The notes under the pieces: model-generated
What the model was told of the DNA's origin: nothing
Databases searched by the model: none
What the model saw: only the letters and a program-made list of their open reading frames with translations
In this document: positions 59,101-64,000 of the stretch, in pieces
How the letters are laid out: each line of letters starts with the position of its first letter
How positions within the stretch are numbered: the stretch's first letter is position 1
Position numbers and translations under genes: made by a program
NCBI GenBank assembly: GCA_965221775.1
Contig: CBDCSU010000005.1
Location: forward strand, 1,445,180-1,509,179
Source: Candidatus Latescibacterota bacterium
Lineage (GTDB): Bacteria > Latescibacterota > UBA2968 > UBA8231
Direction: 5' to 3'
DNA: 64,000 bases

Positions 59101-61614
59101 GTGCTCGAACGCCTCTTCGACTCGCTGAGGCCGTTCATCCGGTGGGTCATGCGGCGGCCCGGCCGGGTGCTTGCGGCCTGCGCCCTGCTGACCGCGGCTT
59201 CCCTGCGCTTCACCCTCCAGCTCGGCATCGACGCCGAGCTGGCGAACCTGATCCCCCGGGATTACCCCAGCGTCATCGCCCTCGACCGGCTGCGCCAGGT
59301 GGTCGGCGGCGAGGACCGCGTCGACGTCGCCGTGGAGAGTCCCTCCTTCGAGGCCAACCGGGGCTACGCCGAGGAGTTCCTGGCGCGGGCGATGGATCTG
59401 CGCTGCCGCACAACGCCCTGCTTCGAGCGCGTCGAGTACCGCCGGGACGCCGACTTCCTGCGCCGCAACGCCCTCTACTTCGCCACCGACGGCGAGCTCG
59501 ACCGCCTGGAGATCTACCTCGAGGACCGCATCGAGGAGGCGCGGCTGGCGGCCAATCCCCTCTTCTTCGGCCTCGACGACGAGCTGGAAGAGGACGGCCG
59601 GGAGGAGGAGGAGCGGGAGCTGCGCGCCATCTACGACGGCATCGTCGTCCGCGAGTACCCGGTCTCTCCCGACAGCACCACCCTGGTCCTGCGCTTCCAC
59701 CCGGCGGGGTCGCAGACCGACCTGGGGATGATCGCCGGCCTCTACGGCTCGGTCGATTCCCTGGCCGCCGCGGTGGGGCCCACCGCCTGGCACGCGGAGA
59801 TGCAGGTGACCACGGCGGGCCGGCTCCTGCGCCGTCTCACGGAGGTGCGCACGATCACCGGGGACGTGCGGCGCTCCTTCGGCGCCGGGGTGACCGCCGT
59901 CCTCCTCGTGGTGGTGGCCTACTTCGCCTGGAAGTCGTACCGCGCCCGCTCCCGGGGGCGGCACAGCCTGCGCCTGGCCCTGGCCACGGCGGCGCGCATG
60001 CCGGTCATGGCCGTCCTCATCGGGCTGCCCTTCCTCATGAGCCTCTCGTGGACCTTCGCCCTGGCCCGCCTCGTCCACGGCGACCTGAACCTGATGACGT
60101 CGACCCTGGGGCTGGTCCTCTTCGGCCTCGGCATCGACTACGGCATCCACTTCTACGCCCGCTACACCGAGGAGCGGGGCGCGGGGCGGGACGCCGTGAG
60201 CGCGGCGGAGGTCACCTTCACGAGCACGGGCCAGGCGATCGCCGTGAGCGCCCTGACCACGGCGGGGGCCCTGCTCGTGCTGATGGCGTGCAGCTTCAAG
60301 GGCTTCAGCCAGTTCGGGTTCATCGCCGGCATCGGCATCCTCTTCGCGCTCTTCGCCATGATCGTCATCCTGCCGGCGCTGGTCTCGCTCTTCGAGCGGT
60401 GGTCCCTGCTGCGCTTCGACGCCGGCGCCGGCGGCGGGCGGCCGGAGGCCCGCGGCGGCCGCTTCCCCCTGGCGCGCACCGTGATCGCCGCCGGGCTCCT
60501 CGCCGTGGCCGCCGCCGTCGTCCTGGCCCCCGGGAAGGTGCGCTTCGAGTACCGCTTCGGGGAGCTCGAGCCGACCTACTCGGAGTACAACGCCCGCCGG
60601 GAGAAGATCCGCGCCGTCTTCCCGCCCGACGGCCGGCGCAACGCCGCCTACATCGTCACCGACACCCCCGCCCACGTGCCCGCCGTGGCCGCCGCCCTGC
60701 GCCGCCGGGCGGCGCAGGATACCCTGTCGCCGACGATCGCCGAGGTCGTCACCATCCAGGACCGCTTCCCCATGGACGCGGAGTCCCGCCGCGCCAGGCT
60801 GGAGCGCATCGCCCGGGTCCGCGAACTGCTGGACGATCCCCTGCTCGAGGGCGTGGACTCCGAGGACCTGCGCCGCCTGCGGCAGGCCTCGCAGACGCGC
60901 GCGGCGATAACGCTCGACCAGGTACCGGGATCGCTGCGCGACCCCTTCCTGAGCAAGTCGGGAGAGGCGGGCAACTTCCTGCGCATCTACCCCTCGGTGG
61001 GGCTCTCCGACGGCCGCAACTCGATCGCCTTCGCCGAGGACGTGTCACGCATCGAGGTGGAGGGCCGCACCTACCACGCGGCCTCGCCCACCATCGTCGC
61101 CGCCGATGTGCTGCGCCTGGTGCAGCGGGAGTCGCCGTGGATGGTGCTGGCCACGGCGGTCCTCGTCTTTCTGCTGATGTGGCTGAACTTCGGGAAGCTG
61201 CGCTGGGGCGTCCTGGCCTGCCTGCCCCTGGTGGTGGGCGTGCTGTGGATGCTGCTGCTCATGGAGCTGCTGCAGATCCGTCTCAACTTCTACAACATGA
61301 TCGTCCTGCCCGCGGTCCTCGGCATCGGCAACGACGCCGGCGCCCACCTCGTGCACCGCTACCGGCAGGAAGGCCGCGGCTCGATCCTCCCGGTGCTGCG
61401 CTCCACCGGCGAGCACATCAGCGTCGGCTCCCTGACCACGGCGATCGGGTTCTCGGGGCCGCTGTTGAGCTTCCACCCGGGGATCGAGACGATCGGCGTC
61501 CTCGCCATCGTCGGCATCGGTTCCACCTGGCTGGCGGCGGTGCTGTTCACGCCGGCGCTGCTGCAGTGGCTCGAGGACCGCGAGACCCGCCGCGGCGGCG
61601 AGGGCCCGGCGTGA
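59101..61614 (+). CDS. MMPL/RND-family transporter (lipid exporter-like)
   Basis: Two repeats of periplasmic domain plus TM bundle; GLGIDYGIHF, LTTAG, GIGND..HL..RY, LTTAIGF. Confidence 0.88.
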   Translation: MLERLFDSLRPFIRWVMRRPGRVLAACALLTAASLRFTLQLGIDAELANLIPRDYPSVIALDRLRQVVGGEDRVDVAVESPSFEANRGYAEEFLARAMDLRCRTTPCFERVEYRRDADFLRRNALYFATDGELDRLEIYLEDRIEEARLAANPLFFGLDDELEEDGREEEERELRAIYDGIVVREYPVSPDSTTLVLRFHPAGSQTDLGMIAGLYGSVDSLAAAVGPTAWHAEMQVTTAGRLLRRLTEVRTITGDVRRSFGAGVTAVLLVVVAYFAWKSYRARSRGRHSLRLALATAARMPVMAVLIGLPFLMSLSWTFALARLVHGDLNLMTSTLGLVLFGLGIDYGIHFYARYTEERGAGRDAVSAAEVTFTSTGQAIAVSALTTAGALLVLMACSFKGFSQFGFIAGIGILFALFAMIVILPALVSLFERWSLLRFDAGAGGGRPEARGGRFPLARTVIAAGLLAVAAAVVLAPGKVRFEYRFGELEPTYSEYNARREKIRAVFPPDGRRNAAYIVTDTPAHVPAVAAALRRRAAQDTLSPTIAEVVTIQDRFPMDAESRRARLERIARVRELLDDPLLEGVDSEDLRRLRQASQTRAAITLDQVPGSLRDPFLSKSGEAGNFLRIYPSVGLSDGRNSIAFAEDVSRIEVEGRTYHAASPTIVAADVLRLVQRESPWMVLATAVLVFLLMWLNFGKLRWGVLACLPLVVGVLWMLLLMELLQIRLNFYNMIVLPAVLGIGNDAGAHLVHRYRQEGRGSILPVLRSTGEHISVGSLTTAIGFSGPLLSFHPGIETIGVLAIVGIGSTWLAAVLFTPALLQWLEDRETRRGGEGPA

Positions 61615-61623
61615 GGGACGGGA

Positions 61624-62823
61624 TCAGCCGGCGGCGCCCGGGCCCCGGCGGATACCTGCCAGGGACCGCATGAGGTCCACGTAGCGGTCGGCGACCACCG
61701 GCCACCGGAAGCGCAGCGTGTGCTCCACGGCGCGGCTGCGCACCGGCTCGAGGATCGACCGGTCTTCCACGTAGCGCATGATCGCCCGGCGGAACCCGTC
61801 GGCGCTTCCACTCGGCACGAGGTGGCCGTTCTCCGACTCCGAGATCACGTCCTGGATCCCCTCCAGGCGCGAGGCGATCGTCGGCAGCCCGCACAACCCC
61901 GCCTCCAGCATGACCACGCCGAAGCCCTCCATGGTGCCCGGAACCGCGATGTTCGGCATGATGAACAGGTCGGAGTTGCGGTAGAGGAGGCCCAGGTGCT
62001 CCTCGGAGACCGGGCCGAGGAGGCGCAGGCGCTCGTCGAGGCCGCGGCGGCTGGCGGCGGCGCGGATCTCCCCGGTCTGGGGGCCGCTGCCGGCCAGCCA
62101 GTAGTGGACCTGGTCGGGCAGGGTCGGCATGACCTCGTCGACGAACCAGGCGAAGCCCTTGCGCGGGACCTGGCGCCCGACGCTGCACAGCAGGAAGGCG
62201 TCGTCGTCCAGGGGCCGGGCCGAGGCGTCGAGGGCGGCGAGCCGGTCGCCGCGGGAGGCGCTCTCCGGGTCCGCATCCGGGAAGCGGTCCTCGCGGATGC
62301 CGTTGGGAATCACGTGCAGCCTGGCCGGGTCGAGGCCGCGGTCGGTGCAGGCGCGGCCGGTGGCGCGGCTCACGGAGACGACGGCGTCGAGGCCGTCGAA
62401 GACGCGGCGCAGGCGCCGCTGGTACGGCCCCAGGGGAAAGGTGACGTCGTCGCCGTGGGCTACGGCCACGGTGCGCACGCCGCATTCGCGCAGGGTGCGG
62501 TGCAGGGGAAAGCTGACGAGGACGGCGGGGATGACCGAGGAGAACAGGACGACGTCGATCTCGCCGCGGCGGGCCAGCCCCTCGATGTGCCCGTAGGCCC
62601 GCGCCAGGTACGCCGGCGTGCGCAGGTAGATCCAGCGCCACGAGCTGCGCAGGACCCGGGTGCTCACGGTCACCTCCGGATGCTGCAGCAGGGCCTCGTG
62701 CAGATCCATGGCCACGCGCTGCATGCCGCCCACGCTCGACAGGGGGCGGCCCTCCGGGGGGAAGGTGTGCGAGACGAAGAGGACCCGCAGGGGAGGATGG
62801 CGGACGGCGTCGGAGAGGCTCAT
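61624..62823 (-). CDS. Glycosyltransferase family 4 (PimA/PimB-like)
   Basis: GGMQRV, AHGDD, VSRAT, IPNGI, GRQVPRKG, EGFGVVMLEAG. Confidence 0.88.
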   Translation of the reverse strand: MSLSDAVRHPPLRVLFVSHTFPPEGRPLSSVGGMQRVAMDLHEALLQHPEVTVSTRVLRSSWRWIYLRTPAYLARAYGHIEGLARRGEIDVVLFSSVIPAVLVSFPLHRTLRECGVRTVAVAHGDDVTFPLGPYQRRLRRVFDGLDAVVSVSRATGRACTDRGLDPARLHVIPNGIREDRFPDADPESASRGDRLAALDASARPLDDDAFLLCSVGRQVPRKGFAWFVDEVMPTLPDQVHYWLAGSGPQTGEIRAAASRRGLDERLRLLGPVSEEHLGLLYRNSDLFIMPNIAVPGTMEGFGVVMLEAGLCGLPTIASRLEGIQDVISESENGHLVPSGSADGFRRAIMRYVEDRSILEPVRSRAVEHTLRFRWPVVADRYVDLMRSLAGIRRGPGAAG

Positions 62824-63851
62824 GGGGAGGGGGCCAAATCTCGCTTCGGCTCCACCGACGGGCAACGGCGCCCGGAGTCTGCTCCGCCGGCCCGGGCCGC
62901 GGAGAGGAGCGGCCGCCACCACCTGCACAGCAGGTAGAGGACCAGGTTGAGACCGCGGTCGAGGACCGCCGTGGTGAGCAGGATGCTGGCCACCGTGGCC
63001 GACTCGATGCCGAGGTGCCCGGACAGGCCGAGTCCGGCGCCGACGAAGAGGAGATCGCGGCCGGGCAGGAAAGGGACCCGCGTCAGCACGATCTGGGCCG
63101 CCAGCAGGGTGAGCCACGAAGTCAGCGGCACCGAAGGCTCGACCACCACCCAGAGGGCCACCTGCAGCACGTGCACGGCGGCCTGGCGCAGCAGGTGGGC
63201 GGCGCCCACGGCGGCCGCCACCGGCGGCGGCGCCGACAGCAGGCGGCGGCGCATGGCCCGGGCCGCGGCGAACAGGGCCCCCAGGACGGCGGGAGCGGCC
63301 AGCAGCCAGCCCCAGTGACCGGCGAGGGGACCCGCGTCCAGGACCAGCCAGCCTCCGGCGGCCAGGATCCCGAGGACGGCCGCGGCGAACAGGGTCGACA
63401 CGGCGGAGGAGAGGATGACGTTGTCCTTGATGCCGTGCACGATGCGGCGATGGGGCAGGTCCTGGCGGCGCCGCGCCCACACGTAGAGCCAGGCCTCTCC
63501 GGAGTAGTCGATGAGGTGGCCCGAGTAGAGCCGCCGCATCAGCATCGCCGGCCACAGCCCCGGGACGGGCCCCCAGAGCCGGCGGAAGACGAAGACCTCC
63601 GACAGGGGAGGCGCCAGGTACATCCCCGCGAAGATCAGGTAGAACCACGGCGTCGCCGGCAGCGAGTCGGCCACCTGGCGCCACCCCGCCTCGGTGATCT
63701 GGTGGATCACCCACCCGGCGACGCCCGCCGTGAACAGGACGCCGGCGGCGCGTAGCGCCGGCCGCCCGCGGAGGCGGCCGGCCCATGAGGGCCAGGTAGC
63801 GGCGGCGCCCGGGCGGAATGGCGCCTCTGGATCAGCGTTGGACAGGGACAA
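62820..63851 (-). CDS. Polytopic membrane protein, possibly LPG-synthase/flippase-like
   Basis: Several TM segments; SEVFVFRRLW, YSGEAWLYVWARRR, IKDNVILS, RVPFLPGRDL. Start uncertain. Confidence 0.6.
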   Translation of the reverse strand: MSLSNADPEAPFRPGAAATWPSWAGRLRGRPALRAAGVLFTAGVAGWVIHQITEAGWRQVADSLPATPWFYLIFAGMYLAPPLSEVFVFRRLWGPVPGLWPAMLMRRLYSGHLIDYSGEAWLYVWARRRQDLPHRRIVHGIKDNVILSSAVSTLFAAAVLGILAAGGWLVLDAGPLAGHWGWLLAAPAVLGALFAAARAMRRRLLSAPPPVAAAVGAAHLLRQAAVHVLQVALWVVVEPSVPLTSWLTLLAAQIVLTRVPFLPGRDLLFVGAGLGLSGHLGIESATVASILLTTAVLDRGLNLVLYLLCRWWRPLLSAARAGGADSGRRCPSVEPKRDLAPSP

Positions 63852-64000
63852 CCGGGGTCATGTGTCGAGGGAGTGGAGGCCCTTGGCCGATGCGGCCCGG
63901 GCGGCTGCCGGGCCTGGCCCGACGGGGGAGCGCGCTTCCGTCACCCGAAAGTGACGCAACGGCCTCCTCGCCTGAACCGCGCCGCATCAGAAGGGTCCGA

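Overview
High-GC bacterial chromosomal window, mostly housekeeping. The DUF6785-like paralogs, AAA/PD-(D/E)XK protein and T9SS/FlgD-type C-terminal domain suggest an FCB-group lineage such as Ca. Latescibacterota, but this is inference only. In order: a lower-GC lipoprotein trypsin-like protease (runs off the window, missing from the ORF track); an AAA-ATPase/nuclease; two tandem polytopic membrane paralogs; a phosphomannomutase and sixA; a surface-glycan cluster (8.6-17.0 kb); ptsN plus a BatA/vWA protein; and a ~13.7-kb minus-strand run trpE-trpG-trpD-trpC-trpS-chorismate mutase-tyrA-'aroA'-small ORF-aroE-argS-aroK-aroB-rimO-DUF971. That run is headed by a TTGACA-N17-TACTAT promoter, an unannotated Trp-rich leader peptide and a complete attenuator. 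Its AroA homolog is full length, yet nearly every EPSP-synthase motif is degenerate, suggesting a pseudoenzyme. Next come a lower-GC islet (orphan RHH protein, DUF488 protein plus uncharacterised partner: candidate defence/conflict system), an intact IS630 with a slippery A8 site, and PLP enzymes, glycosylasparaginase, SppA and a Sua5/YciO protein. A large Pho locus follows (secreted acidic protein, TonB receptor, porin / pstSCAB-phoU-phoB-phoR, with 11-bp-spaced repeats), then a GT2-MMPL-GT4-membrane protein cluster. No rRNA, tRNA or CRISPR array was seen.
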